From Desulforamulus reducens MI-1 (lineage in GTDB: Bacteria; Bacillota; Desulfotomaculia; Desulfotomaculales; Desulfotomaculaceae), in assembly GCF_000016165.1 (NCBI RefSeq), contig NC_009253.1:622332-654331 (forward strand): a stretch of 32,000 nt of DNA, given 5' to 3'. The notes under the pieces are model-generated. The model did no database searches, was not told the origin of the DNA, and saw only the letters and a program-made list of their open reading frames with translations. Position 1 is the first letter of the stretch, and the number at the start of each line of letters is the position of its first letter. Made by a program: the position numbers and the translations under genes. Positions 9,362 to 17,545 of this stretch are shown piece by piece.

Positions 9362-10600
9362 ATGGAATTTCGGGAACATATATTAAATACCTTACTGGAT
9401 AAATATGAAAAAAGCCTACATTATCAGGGCAAAGCTAAAGTTAACAGAAAGATAGCCTTATCCTTTAATGCCAAGAACTTCCCTTGGTACTGGAAAAGTG
9501 AGGCGCCCCACCTGAAGAAAGCAATTCACCAGGTTGTGGAGGATTTGGCCGGGCAAGGTATTGTAGCTTATAAATGGTTGCCCTTTGAAAAGGGAAATTT
9601 GCTAGATTCCGTCTGGCTTAACCTGGAGCAGGTCGATACAGCCTATCGTGTTATTGGACGGCAACCGAGAAAAGACAAAATAAAGGAAGTAGTTGGGGAA
9701 TTAGAAAACCTTTTGCCCCAAATTACTCAGGAGTGGGTAAAGAATTTCCTTATTGATTGCTTAAAAGAAATGCAGGATAAAAAAGACTTCCCGTTGCTCT
9801 TGCCGGCGGAAAAAGAAGAAAGGGAATTATTATTGAAAAGTTTCCTGGGGCTGGAAGATAAAAGGGATACCGTTCTTTTGGAGCGGGTTTTCAGTTTAAA
9901 ATACCTGGGACATAGTAAGGTTTTTCAAAGGAAAGTAAAAGGACGTTTAACACGCATTGCTGTTCAGTACCTGCTGAACAACTCAGAGCTGCTAGAGGAC
10001 GAGGTCATTCAGGAACTGGGCATCGAAAAAAACTCTGAGGAAGTATTGGTCTGCGGTGCAATAACTTTACTTTATAAAGATAAAAAAATAGATTATGCCA
10101 ATTCTCCCTTCGGTGGTGTAGTTGATACAAAATATTTTTCCAAAATGAAAATAGGCTCTGTGAAGGCTGCAAAGGTAATTACTATTGAAAACAAGGCCAA
10201 TTTCCACTACCTGGTAAACAATGGGATGGTTGATAGCACCCTTTTAATATACCTGGGGGGGTTTCCTGGTCCCCAAAAGAGAGATTTCTTGGTCAATCTT
10301 TACCAATTAAAGCCGAATGTTTCTTTTTATCATTGGGGCGATATTGACTTGGGCGGGTTTAGAATATTTGAGACCTTAAGAAAAGTAATTCCAACAATAA
10401 AGCCTCTTTTTATGGATGAGAGTACACTATTAAAGTATAAGGGTTACTGTGATGAGCTAGAAAATAACTATGCAAGGCAGTTGGAAAAGCTGTTGGATAA
10501 AGTGGAATATAAAACCTTTTGGCCCGTAATCAAAGTCATGTTAAAAGATAAAATTCGTTTGGAACAGGAAGCTCTTTTGGTATCGGAAGTTGATATGTAA
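9362..10600 (+). CDS. jetD: Wadjet JetD (MksG-like, Toprim/topoisomerase-VI-like nuclease subunit), 412 aa
   Basis: Starts 1 nt after the jetC stop. The C-terminal half carries Toprim-type residues: ITIENKAN (E at 10187-10189) and WGDIDLGG (DID at 10340-10348). Confidence 0.88.
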   Translation: MEFREHILNTLLDKYEKSLHYQGKAKVNRKIALSFNAKNFPWYWKSEAPHLKKAIHQVVEDLAGQGIVAYKWLPFEKGNLLDSVWLNLEQVDTAYRVIGRQPRKDKIKEVVGELENLLPQITQEWVKNFLIDCLKEMQDKKDFPLLLPAEKEERELLLKSFLGLEDKRDTVLLERVFSLKYLGHSKVFQRKVKGRLTRIAVQYLLNNSELLEDEVIQELGIEKNSEEVLVCGAITLLYKDKKIDYANSPFGGVVDTKYFSKMKIGSVKAAKVITIENKANFHYLVNNGMVDSTLLIYLGGFPGPQKRDFLVNLYQLKPNVSFYHWGDIDLGGFRIFETLRKVIPTIKPLFMDESTLLKYKGYCDELENNYARQLEKLLDKVEYKTFWPVIKVMLKDKIRLEQEALLVSEVDM

Positions 10601-10823
10601 AGTAAAAAGGGGCAAAAATCCCACTAGGATTAACTGTTTTTCCGTCAGGGGCGGTAAATACCAAAACAGTCCTTTTGGGGTTGGGTGTGCTTACGTCACA
10701 AACAATATTAATTAATGGAGACGGTTTATAAACATGGTAATGGCTATGTTCGTATGTTGTTTGGCCGATTATTTGATGATAGTGGCCTCCTTCGGAATTA
10801 TTTAAATATATTACGCAAACCAA
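10536..10823 (-). pseudogene. YmaF-like HxH-repeat remnant, convergent with jetD and overlapping its last 65 nt
   Basis: Reads EGGHYHQIIGQTTYEHSHYHVY, close to the terminal GGHYH..G.TT...H.H.Y repeat of Bacillus YmaF as I recall it. There is no SD and only a TTG start. The frame stays open upstream to about 10990, where a degenerate NGHTDISLTE repeat appears. Confidence 0.35.
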
Positions 10824-10971
10824 TGAAGTAAAGTACCAATAGCCTAGAAAATATTTAGACTCGGTTAAGCTGATGTCGGTATGGCCGTTGGCACCTGGTT
10901 CGGCATAGAGGCTGATACGGATTCTGTGGAGGAAGAGTTTATCGAGGTAGGAACGGCAGAGATTATCGATA

Positions 10972-11001
10972 TATGTCGGAATTTTTATGAAGGATAATCA
11001 T
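10972..11001 (+). repeat. Copy A of a conserved 30-nt upstream motif (TATGTCGGAATTTTTATGAAGGATAATCAT)
   Basis: Matches copy B (11254-11283) at 23 of 30 positions. Ends 59 nt before the start of the Spo0E-like gene. Confidence 0.5.
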
Positions 11002-11060
11002 AACACATGACGAATTTCCAGGATTTGTAGGTATATATACCTATAATTTTATGGAAAGAA

Positions 11061-11255
11061 GTGTCTGGGTTGTCGGAAATTGAGAAGTTATTAAAAAAGA
11101 TTGAGTTTTTGCGGTATGAGCTTAATTGTTTAGCTAGAAATAAACATCTTGTAGACCCAGAGGTTGTTAATACAAGTGAAAGGTTAGATAGAGCACTGGT
11201 TCTGTATTATAAACTGAGGGATATGAGGTTTGTTAGTAAAACCAGCGTAGGATAG
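11061..11255 (+). CDS. Spo0E-family aspartyl-phosphate phosphatase-like small protein (64 aa)
   Basis: IEKLLKKIEFLRYELNCLARNKHLVDPEVVNTSERLDRALVLYYKL follows the Spo0E/YisI/YnzD pattern (IE.LR..L....L.DPEV...S..LD.L). The start is uncertain: GTG 11061 has a weak RBS. TATAAT sits at 11042-11047. Confidence 0.55.
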   Translation: MSGLSEIEKLLKKIEFLRYELNCLARNKHLVDPEVVNTSERLDRALVLYYKLRDMRFVSKTSVG

Positions 11256-11283
11256 TGTCGGAATTTATGTGAAGGTTTAGCAT
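11254..11283 (+). repeat. Copy B of the conserved 30-nt upstream motif (AGTGTCGGAATTTATGTGAAGGTTTAGCAT)
   Basis: Matches copy A at 23 of 30 positions. Ends 41 nt before ATG 11325. Confidence 0.5.
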
Positions 11284-11324
11284 CCTTTCTTGCCGAAGTT
11301 TGATGGGAGAGAGGGGGGCTTCAT

Positions 11325-11534
11325 ATGAGTGATGATATTTGTATTAAAACAAAAAAACAAATTGCAAAACATATGGAAGCAATAAAGAGATTGAGAGAAG
11401 ACCTAGACTCTTATGTAGGAACTGCTAAAGAGTCACAAGTTGGAAGTGATCCGGAAAATATACATGAGAGAATTCATCAACATGAAGAGAAAATTCAGAA
11501 TTTGCAAGATTTATTAACGCATAATGGTTGTTGA
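11325..11534 (+). CDS. Hypothetical small helical protein (69 aa), possibly a distant Spo0E-like paralogue
   Basis: Strong RBS (GAGAGGGGGG) 6-8 nt before the ATG. Charged helical sequence (IKRLREDLDSY...DPENIHERI...). No confident family assignment. Confidence 0.5.
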   Translation: MSDDICIKTKKQIAKHMEAIKRLREDLDSYVGTAKESQVGSDPENIHERIHQHEEKIQNLQDLLTHNGC

Positions 11535-11670
11535 GTCCTTCTAAGGCTCTTTTCTTAAACATATTGATTATATTGTTGCCCGTGGCTAATGTTAATCCTC
11601 TGCTGTATTACTGGTAGCAAAGGTAGCTTTGAAAGCGAGGGCACGATTAACCAGATCCAGAAGTTAATTA

Positions 11671-11703
11671 AACACTAAAACAGGGAGACTATATTAATCT
11701 CCC
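11671..11703 (-). terminator. Intrinsic terminator of the XRE gene (overlaps its stop codon)
   Basis: On the minus strand: GGGAGA ttaatatag TCTCCC followed by TGTTTTAGTGTT. Confidence 0.6.
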
Positions 11704-11879
11704 GGTTTACAAAGTTTATCCATGCTGACACTTAGTGCAACTGCTAATTTCAAGGCAGTGGAGACCCTACAATCTCCACGCCTTTCAATATCTTCCAAGG
11801 TTCTGACGGGTACGCCAGATATTTCCGATAGTTTGCGGACGCTTAATCCCTGTTCCTGCCTGATTTTCTTAAGCTGCAT
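11694..11879 (-). CDS. XRE-family helix-turn-helix transcriptional regulator (61 aa)
   Basis: LKKIRQEQGLSVRKLSEISGVPVRTLEDIERR is a canonical Cro/C1 HTH. AAGAGGTGA RBS. Starts 5 nt after the stop of the upstream DUF3795-like gene. Confidence 0.85.
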   Translation of the reverse strand: MQLKKIRQEQGLSVRKLSEISGVPVRTLEDIERRGDCRVSTALKLAVALSVSMDKLCKPGD

Positions 11880-11883
11880 GTTA

Positions 11884-12224
11884 TCACCTCTTTTTCAACG
11901 CCTCAAAGGAAGCCTTAGCATCCGGTAAAAAATTGTGAAATTTTATGAGTTTTTCACAAGGCTGTTCATTGCAAACTGCACAGTTTTCTAAACCCTTGTT
12001 ACTACAGCACTGTTTGATTTTGCAAGACTGGCAAAAGTCAAGCAACCTTCCTCCTACGGTAAGACATCCGTCACAATTGATGTCTTCGGATTTCAGAACT
12101 AGCCCAAACTTTTCAGCTAAAAAGACCGCGGTTTTTCCCTGGCGGTGTCATCATCGTTTTTAGTAGCCAAAAACGAGGGGTAGTTAGAGCAGACAAGCCC
12201 GCAATAAGCGATCATTCTAGACAT
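11884..12224 (-). pseudogene. DUF3795-type Cys-rich protein gene, frameshifted in an A5 run (T5 on the + strand, 12132-12136)
   Basis: Absent from the ORF track because it is split. It reads MSRMIAYCGLVCSNYPSFLATKNDDDTAREK, then a frame change, then TAVFLAEKFGLVLKSEDINCDGCLTVGGRLLDFCQSCKIKQCCSNKGLENCAVCNEQPCEKLIKFHNF... AAAGGAG RBS. The 341-nt length needs 1 more nt to be in frame. Confidence 0.65.
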
Positions 12225-12271
12225 CAGGTTATTCTCCTTTTCTATTGGTTTTTAGGCAACTAATGAACCTA

Positions 12272-12300
12272 ATATTACCACAAATGTTAGAAAATTGTAA
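12272..12300 (-). promoter_or_regulatory. Candidate sigma-A promoter for the DUF3795-XRE operon
   Basis: On the minus strand: TTACAA (12300-12295), 17 nt, TAATAT (12277-12272), about 45 nt upstream of the ATG. Confidence 0.4.
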
Positions 12301-12493
12301 TTGGTTAACGCAAAACAATATGAATAACATTTATTCATTTAGCCCAATCTCTAGAAATTTATTACTGTGATAATTTTATTATAATCTCGCCTGAAGATAG
12401 AGAGGGCTTGATAACGATAGTAAAGTATCAAACAATATCTATTGGAACTATAAGGAAGATCATGCGAATATAAAATGGCTGGATAGTGATACC

Positions 12494-12661
12494 GTGGTAA
12501 TAAATGGTCAAGTGTTGGATGTGGGTGTTGAGGATTTTCAAAAATCATTAGCTTTTTATAGAGACGGTTTAGGGTGGAATTTGTCTAAAGCAAATAATGA
12601 GAAAATTGCCTTTTTCCCATTAAACGGAATAGTGCTGGCATCACTTTATCAGCTTTCTTAG
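12494..12661 (+). pseudogene. Truncated glyoxalase/bleomycin-resistance (VOC) family remnant (55 codons)
   Basis: Reads LDVGVEDFQKSLAFYRDGLGWNLSKANNEKIAFFPLNGIVLASLYQLS*, the N-terminal beta-alpha-beta-beta-beta module of a VOC protein. The second half is missing. Confidence 0.45.
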
Positions 12662-12730
12662 GATAAATCTGTATGTGCTCACCATTGGGTCGTTTTACAA
12701 AGGTACTACTATCCTTGAAAAAGAAGTCGT

Positions 12731-13240
12731 TTAGAATTTGGCTCTAATATCTAGCCAACCATAGGCGGTTACTTCACTCTTGAAGCCATCCATTTCAAGT
12801 AGTTTAGAGTCTATTTTATAGCCTCCATTGCGTTCATAAAACCTTCTATAGGGGCTTTCGGATAAGACCCAAACTAAAACTGAATATATACCTAATTGTT
12901 CAAATCTTTTCATTACCGAACGAATGAGGGAACTTCCGATTCCTTTATTTTGCTGGTCTTTATAAATATAAATTGCATAGAGTTCTCCGCTATAAACAGG
13001 ATTTGACGTTCTTTCAGGACCAGCAGCAGCAAAACCAATAATATTTTGCGTTTCATTTTCAGCAACGTAAATAAATGAATTGTGAAAGGGAAATTCCCTC
13101 CAACCTTTTTCTCGTTCCTCATAGGATAGATTATTTAAATATTCATCAGAAATAATTCCACGATAAGCGGTTTTCCAGGTATCAACAGTTACTTTTGAAA
13201 TAGCCGGCGCATCATTAATGTGGGCTTCTCTGATTTTCAT
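12731..13240 (-). CDS. GNAT-family N-acetyltransferase (169 aa)
   Basis: Acetyl-CoA-binding motif QQNKGIGSSLI and a typical GNAT length. AGAGGAG RBS. Confidence 0.85.
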   Translation of the reverse strand: MKIREAHINDAPAISKVTVDTWKTAYRGIISDEYLNNLSYEEREKGWREFPFHNSFIYVAENETQNIIGFAAAGPERTSNPVYSGELYAIYIYKDQQNKGIGSSLIRSVMKRFEQLGIYSVLVWVLSESPYRRFYERNGGYKIDSKLLEMDGFKSEVTAYGWLDIRAKF

Positions 13241-13430
13241 GAATAAGATACTCCTCTTAAATTAGTATTTTTGTTATTATACATGCTTTTGATCTTTTGT
13301 TACTACTTGTGACAATTTTATATGATTAGAGAAAATTATTGCTAAGAATAAAAATATAATGTTATTATATTATAAAGTGATTATATAAATAATTGATGTA
13401 GAAATAATAAACTTAAAGGAGGAATACTCG

Positions 13431-13670
13431 ATGGATATCAAAGTGCTTGGAACAGGTTGCCAGAAGTGCAAGGAACTTGACAAATTGGTTAGGGAAGTGG
13501 TGGCAGAAATAAACGTACCGGCCAATGTGGAGAAGGTAGAAGACATTGCGCAAATTGTACAGTACGGTGTGATGCTGACTCCTGGACTGGTGATAAATGG
13601 CAAAGTAAAAATCTCTGGCCGACTGCCAAATAAAGCAGATATTAAAAAGATGATTGAAGAAGAAAAGTAA
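13431..13670 (+). CDS. Small thioredoxin-fold protein (redox-active disulfide protein 2 / MTH895-like), 79 aa
   Basis: MDIKVLGTGCQKCKEL...LTPGLVINGKV has CxxC at residues 10-13. AAAGGAGG RBS. Confidence 0.8.
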   Translation: MDIKVLGTGCQKCKELDKLVREVVAEINVPANVEKVEDIAQIVQYGVMLTPGLVINGKVKISGRLPNKADIKKMIEEEK

Positions 13671-13683
13671 ATTACTGCAGTGC

Positions 13684-14164
13684 CCAGGTCCTTCAGAGGT
13701 TCTGCCGTGACTATGGCTGAAAATTATGATGATGCATTGGTAATATGCGGTTTGTCTGTGGTTGTGACTACAAAGATGAACAGGCCATGAGAATAGGAGA
13801 ACACTCCCTCCTTTGGACGAAAGAACACACCTCTGAGGAAAACAAAGCATGGCTCCGGCAATTACCCCAGCGTTTGGAATTCACCGCTGGTGCACTAAGA
13901 TTTTTGTTGGTACATGGCAGTCCCAGGCAGTTGAACGAATACCTTTTTGTAAACACCCCAGAAGAGGTCTTGTCCCAATTTCTAACTGAGAATCAGTGTG
14001 ATGTACTGGTTTGCGGACATACCCACCTTAAAGCAAGCCAACGAGACCCTGAATACCTTCGGTGGTATAATCGACAAATAAAATTAGTACTCCATACCTG
14101 GGGAATGGGGTATTTTTCCAATCCTCCCTGGGCAACGTCTGTCCAGCCAGCAGTAAATGTATGA
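13684..14164 (+). pseudogene. Metallophosphoesterase (YfcE/MJ0936-like) remnant: N-terminus missing, multiple frame changes, broken after GHTH
   Basis: Fragments sit in three frames (GPSEVLP; ENYDDAL; VCGCDYKDEQA...FLLVHGSPR...DVLVCGHTHL). The metal-binding DxH/GD N-terminal motifs are absent, and the sequence after GHTHL is unrelated. Confidence 0.55.
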
Positions 14165-14250
14165 AGTAAAAGTTATAGGATTTGGTGATAATCCAGCGGG
14201 GTTAACCTTGCTGGTTTTTTAATTTCTGTGTATTGGAGCTGGCGGACCCC

Positions 14251-14291
14251 GTAGAAAAATAGCAGGCGTTTTATGCCCGCTATTTTTCTAC
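14251..14291. terminator. 17-bp stem-loop between the convergent metallophosphoesterase remnant and the rubrerythrin gene
   Basis: GTAGAAAAATAGCAGGC (14251-14267) pairs with GCCCGCTATTTTTCTAC (14275-14291) with 1 mismatch and a 7-nt loop. Confidence 0.5.
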
Positions 14292-14314
14292 AATTTAATA
14301 TGTGATATATCCAT

Positions 14315-14860
14315 TTATTTAAAATAACGATCCAGCAAGCCTTTAAAAACTTGGCCGTGTCTGGCTTCATCTTTGCACATTTCATGAACGGTATCATGAA
14401 TAGCATCGTAATTTAATTGCTTTGCTTTGGTTGCAATATCTTTCTTGCCTTGACAGGCACCAAACTCAGCGGCAACCCTTAATTCAAGATTCTTTTTGGT
14501 ATCTGCATGGACAACTTCACCCAGTAACTCTGCAAATTTAGCTGCGTGTTCTGCTTCTTCAAAGGCAATCCTTTTGTAGGCCTCAGCAATTTCGGGGAAA
14601 CCTTCCCGATCTGCTTGGCGGCTCATTGCTAGATACATACCTACTTCTGTGCATTCTCCAATAAAATTTGCTTTTAAACCTTCAACAACTTCAGGATCAA
14701 TACCTTGGGCAACCCCTATTTTGTGTTCATCAGCCCACTGCAGGTTGCCTTCTTGTTTCTCATTGAACTTATCTTGGGAAGCTTTACAGAGGGGGCAACT
14801 TTCCGGTGCTTCATTTCCTTCGTGAATATAGCCGCAAACAGAGCATACAAATTTTTTCAT
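14315..14860 (-). CDS. rbr: Reverse rubrerythrin (N-terminal rubredoxin-like domain plus ferritin-like diiron domain), 181 aa
   Basis: [11 protein letters not shown]...CPLC gives the 2x CxxC motif. It is followed by ExxH diiron motifs (EECTEVGMY.., [17 protein letters not shown]). The 353-aa track ORF is an upstream extension with no support; the true ATG is at 14860. Confidence 0.88.
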   Translation of the reverse strand: MKKFVCSVCGYIHEGNEAPESCPLCKASQDKFNEKQEGNLQWADEHKIGVAQGIDPEVVEGLKANFIGECTEVGMYLAMSRQADREGFPEIAEAYKRIAFEEAEHAAKFAELLGEVVHADTKKNLELRVAAEFGACQGKKDIATKAKQLNYDAIHDTVHEMCKDEARHGQVFKGLLDRYFK

Positions 14861-15142
14861 AGTAAGATTCCTTCTTTCGTTAATTAATTTATTTTTTCTG
14901 TTTTTTACTCTTTGTAAGAGTTTCTTCAAAGACCGATTTATCCAGAGCACTTGTAAAACCATTGTCTTTGAACTATGTTTATAGTAACAGGACAATCTTG
15001 CAAAATCCTTACGAAAAAGTTGACTTATTATTGAATCTAAATGTGTACCAAAATGACGAACCACCAGACGGGGTGTTTCGTTATCGCGGATAGTGAAATT
15101 TAGCAGTGTTTTGGGTATCTGATGAGAAATAAGGAGGAAGTT

Positions 15143-15913
15143 ATGTGTCTGATATTTTTTGCTTATAATTATCATCCCCGCTATCAGCTTATTGTTGCTG
15201 CCAACAGGGATGAGTTTTACAAGCGCCCTAGCTTGCCGGCAGCTTTTTGGCGGGATAATCCCACTATCTTGGCTGGCAGGGATCTGGAGCAAGGGGGTAC
15301 CTGGATGGGTCTTACCACCACAGGTTGTTTCGCCGCACTGACTAATTACCGGGACCCTGTTCATAACAACCCCCAAGCACCCTCACGCGGATATCTGGTT
15401 CATAAATACCTGAACAGCGATGTTTCCCCTGAATACTATTTGAAAAATCTACCTAATGGGGGAGCAGAGTATAACGGCTTTAATCTGTTGGTTGGCACAA
15501 CCCAAGCCATCTACTACTACTCCAACCGGGAAAAGGTTATTCGTAAAATAGCTAATGGTATTTATGGTCTTAGCAATGGTTTCCTCAATGAACCCTGGCC
15601 AAAGGTAAGCAAAGGGAAGAAGGCCCTGGCAGACTGTTTGCAGGGGCAGGAAATAAAAAAGGATCAGTTGTTTAAAATAATGGCAGATCAGGAGCAGCCA
15701 GAGGATTGTGAGTTGCCACAGACCGGTGTAAGCCTGGAATGGGAACGGTTACTCTCTCGGATTTTTATCGTAAGCCCATGTTATGGCACTAGGTCCTCCA
15801 CAGTTTTAATGGTGGACCGCAAGGGTCATGTTCAATTCTGGGAACGTAGTTTCACCATGGAACAGCCCGGCAGAGGTAAGGAAGTATTCCATGAATTTAA
15901 CATTAAGGGGTGA
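15143..15913 (+). CDS. NRDE-family protein (DUF833/TANGO2-like)
   Basis: [29 protein letters not shown] has an N-terminal Met-Cys and the literal NRDE motif. GGAGG lies 6 nt before ATG 15143. Confidence 0.85.
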   Translation: MCLIFFAYNYHPRYQLIVAANRDEFYKRPSLPAAFWRDNPTILAGRDLEQGGTWMGLTTTGCFAALTNYRDPVHNNPQAPSRGYLVHKYLNSDVSPEYYLKNLPNGGAEYNGFNLLVGTTQAIYYYSNREKVIRKIANGIYGLSNGFLNEPWPKVSKGKKALADCLQGQEIKKDQLFKIMADQEQPEDCELPQTGVSLEWERLLSRIFIVSPCYGTRSSTVLMVDRKGHVQFWERSFTMEQPGRGKEVFHEFNIKG

Positions 15914-16066
15914 TTAATAGGCACCAAAAAAACCATAAAAGCTTAAGCTAACGGGTTCCATTTGAGGTTCAAAATTCAAATGACAATGAAATTGGTACGG
16001 CATTTGGCAGGGGTTTGGTATGCCAATAAGATGTAAAAATAGCATAGTATTTGGCTTAAAAAACGT

Positions 16067-16110
16067 CAAAATGACAGCTAAATTTGGGGCTGCTATTTTG
16101 ATGTTTTTTT
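16067..16110 (+). terminator. Terminator-like hairpin plus T7, about 155 nt downstream of the NRDE-family gene
   Basis: CAAAATGACAGC ... GCTGCTATTTTG (with a 2x2 internal loop), followed by ATGTTTTTTT. Confidence 0.4.
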
Positions 16111-16213
16111 ATTCAAATAGCTAATCCAAGCGGACGAGTACATAGTGGTGGAACATGGACGTATCTAATGGACTAAAGAGTATTCTTTTAGTTTTGCAAA
16201 ATGTAAAATATAA

Positions 16214-16242
16214 TTTACATATTGCAATTTTTTATTTACAAT
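16214..16242 (+). promoter_or_regulatory. Sigma-A-type promoter of the XRE/membrane-protein operon, overlapped by inverted repeats
   Basis: TTTACA (16214-16219), 17 nt, TACAAT (16237-16242). ATGTAAA-N6-TTTACAT (16201-20) overlaps the -35 box, and TTTACA-N8-TGTAAG (16235-54) overlaps the -10 box. Confidence 0.5.
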
Positions 16243-16265
16243 ATGTCATGTAAGGGGGGCGGGAT

Positions 16266-16460
16266 TTGAAAAATCTTAAAATGAAATCGGCTAGGGCTAT
16301 CTTGGATATGTCCCAAGAGCAATTGGCAGAAGCAGTCGGCGTTACACGACAGACAATCGGAATGATTGAAGCGGGGAAATTTAATCCATCATTGCAGTTA
16401 TGTATCGCTATATGCAAAGCGTTGGGTAAAACATTAGACGAGATTTTTTGGGAGGAATAG
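16266..16460 (+). CDS. XRE-family HTH transcriptional regulator (YozG-like), 64 aa
   Basis: LDMSQEQLAEAVGVTRQTIGMIEAGKFNPSLQLCIAICKALGKTLDEIF. The start is either TTG 16266 or ATG 16281. Confidence 0.85.
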   Translation: MKNLKMKSARAILDMSQEQLAEAVGVTRQTIGMIEAGKFNPSLQLCIAICKALGKTLDEIFWEE

Positions 16461-16462
16461 TA

Positions 16463-16882
16463 ATGAAAGATGAAAGAATTGAACAGGCAAAAAATAAAAT
16501 AAGGAGTGAAATGGCATTAGTAGTTTTTATAGGCGTAGTAGTGTCTTTTTTAGTAAAAACTCTAGTATATAAAATGACGTTGCAAGAATGTATAACAGAA
16601 TATGTAATTATGATATTTTTCCCGGCATATCAGTTTATAAGAATGCATATGATGAAGATAAGCATTTACAGTCAGCGTGGAAATAAGCAATCGGTAAAGA
16701 ATCTGCTTATAATAATTGCAGTCTTAGTGGTTGCATCAGCAGTTTATGGCGGGAAAAGCGCAGTATCTGGTATATTCACATTTTTGGCATTATTTATAGC
16801 AATCTTTTTCATCACTAATAAGTATAATCAGTACGCAGGTCATAAGTTTGAAGAAGAATTTGATGATGATAATAAAGAGTAG
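16463..16882 (+). CDS. Small integral membrane protein (about 4 TM) partnered with the XRE regulator
   Basis: GGGAGG RBS precedes ATG 16463, 3 nt after the XRE stop. Hydrophobic segments and an acidic tail (EEEFDDDNKE). Confidence 0.7.
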   Translation: MKDERIEQAKNKIRSEMALVVFIGVVVSFLVKTLVYKMTLQECITEYVIMIFFPAYQFIRMHMMKISIYSQRGNKQSVKNLLIIIAVLVVASAVYGGKSAVSGIFTFLALFIAIFFITNKYNQYAGHKFEEEFDDDNKE

Positions 16883-17029
16883 ATGGTGGAATAGTAAGCC
16901 GTACAGTAAATAGCCATGACTTGGCATTAAGTCGTGGCTATTTTTATGTTCGACCTTATTTTCTAGAGGTTTTTGTAGGATATTGCCGAACATATATGGG
17001 TACTAAGGCTTAGATAAGGAGAAAAACCC

Positions 17030-17215
17030 ATGAGCAATCAAACACCGAGCTGCCCCAAGTGCAAGCATTTTTATATAACCTGGGATCGTAGATTTCCAAA
17101 TGGCTGTAAACTGTACGGTATAAAATCAAAATATCCTCCTTCTCTGGAAGTGTTGAGAGCAACGGGTAAAACATGTTTGGTTTTTGAAAGAAAACTACCA
17201 GGTCTTTTAGATTAA
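17030..17215 (+). CDS. Small Cys-containing (zinc-ribbon-like) hypothetical protein, 61 aa
   Basis: AAGGAG RBS. Reads CPKCKHFYITWDRRFPNGCKLYGIKSK...GKTC. No function assigned. Confidence 0.6.
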   Translation: MSNQTPSCPKCKHFYITWDRRFPNGCKLYGIKSKYPPSLEVLRATGKTCLVFERKLPGLLD

Positions 17216-17361
17216 CAACCATACTTGTGCGTAACATTTTTTGTTTTTGTAACCAAACTATTTTAACAAAGAAGGATATAAAAGACGGGTAGAGAACATT
17301 ACAAATGATATATACACAGAAGATAGGAATTGTGTTGTCTTTCCAAAACTAAAAAGTTATA

Positions 17362-17460
17362 AAACCTCAGGGGTGCCGGATGAGTCTGGCTGAGATTTCC
17401 TCACGTTGAAGAGGAGGACCCTTGAACCTGATCTGGGTTAAGCCAGCGGAGGGAGAGGTG
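17362..17460 (+). promoter_or_regulatory. TPP (THI-box) riboswitch aptamer
   Basis: Contains GGGGTGC...CTGAGA...ACCCTTGAACCTGATCTGGGTTAAGCCAGCGGAGGGA, matching the conserved THI-box cores. Lies directly upstream of thiE-thiM. Confidence 0.9.
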
Positions 17461-17478
17461 CAGCAATCGTTTTTATTT

Positions 17479-17515
17479 AACCTCTTCCCTCATGGCGGGA
17501 GAGGTTTTTATTGTT
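17479..17515 (+). terminator. Riboswitch expression-platform terminator
   Basis: AACCTCTTCCC ... GGGAGAGGTT followed by TTTTATTGTTTTT. The aptamer 3' strand GGGAGAGG (about 17450-17457) can pair alternatively with CCTCTTCCC as an antiterminator. Confidence 0.8.
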
Positions 17516-17545
17516 TTTAATTTACTATGATTAAGGGGGAGTCTA

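Noticed and set aside
10889-10905. TGGCACctggtTCGGCA as a sigma-54 promoter for the Spo0E-like gene; also TGGCATtgcctTTCCA at about 3844-3859 ahead of jetA.
   Set aside because: In the first, the GC of the -12 element is displaced by one base relative to the invariant GG-N10-GC spacing. In the second, the -12 GC is replaced by CC.
12731-13240. The GNAT acetyltransferase might be a TacT/AtaT-type toxin of a toxin-antitoxin pair, given its defence-island context.
   Set aside because: No small RHH/DUF1778 antitoxin ORF lies upstream or is coupled to it. The sequence looks like an ordinary housekeeping-type GNAT. The upstream region on its strand is AT-rich promoter DNA.
14861-15376. The 353-aa ORF (14315-15376, minus strand) might be a long rubrerythrin fusion protein.
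   Set aside because: The upstream 172 codons have no recognisable motifs and overlap the well-supported NRDE-family gene on the opposite strand. The rubredoxin motif begins right at the internal Met (14860), which has its own RBS.
15941-15950. Perfect 10-bp palindrome AGCTTAAGCT downstream of the NRDE-family gene.
   Set aside because: It is short, is expected by chance in 32 kb of AT-rich DNA, and has no associated promoter or repeat partner.
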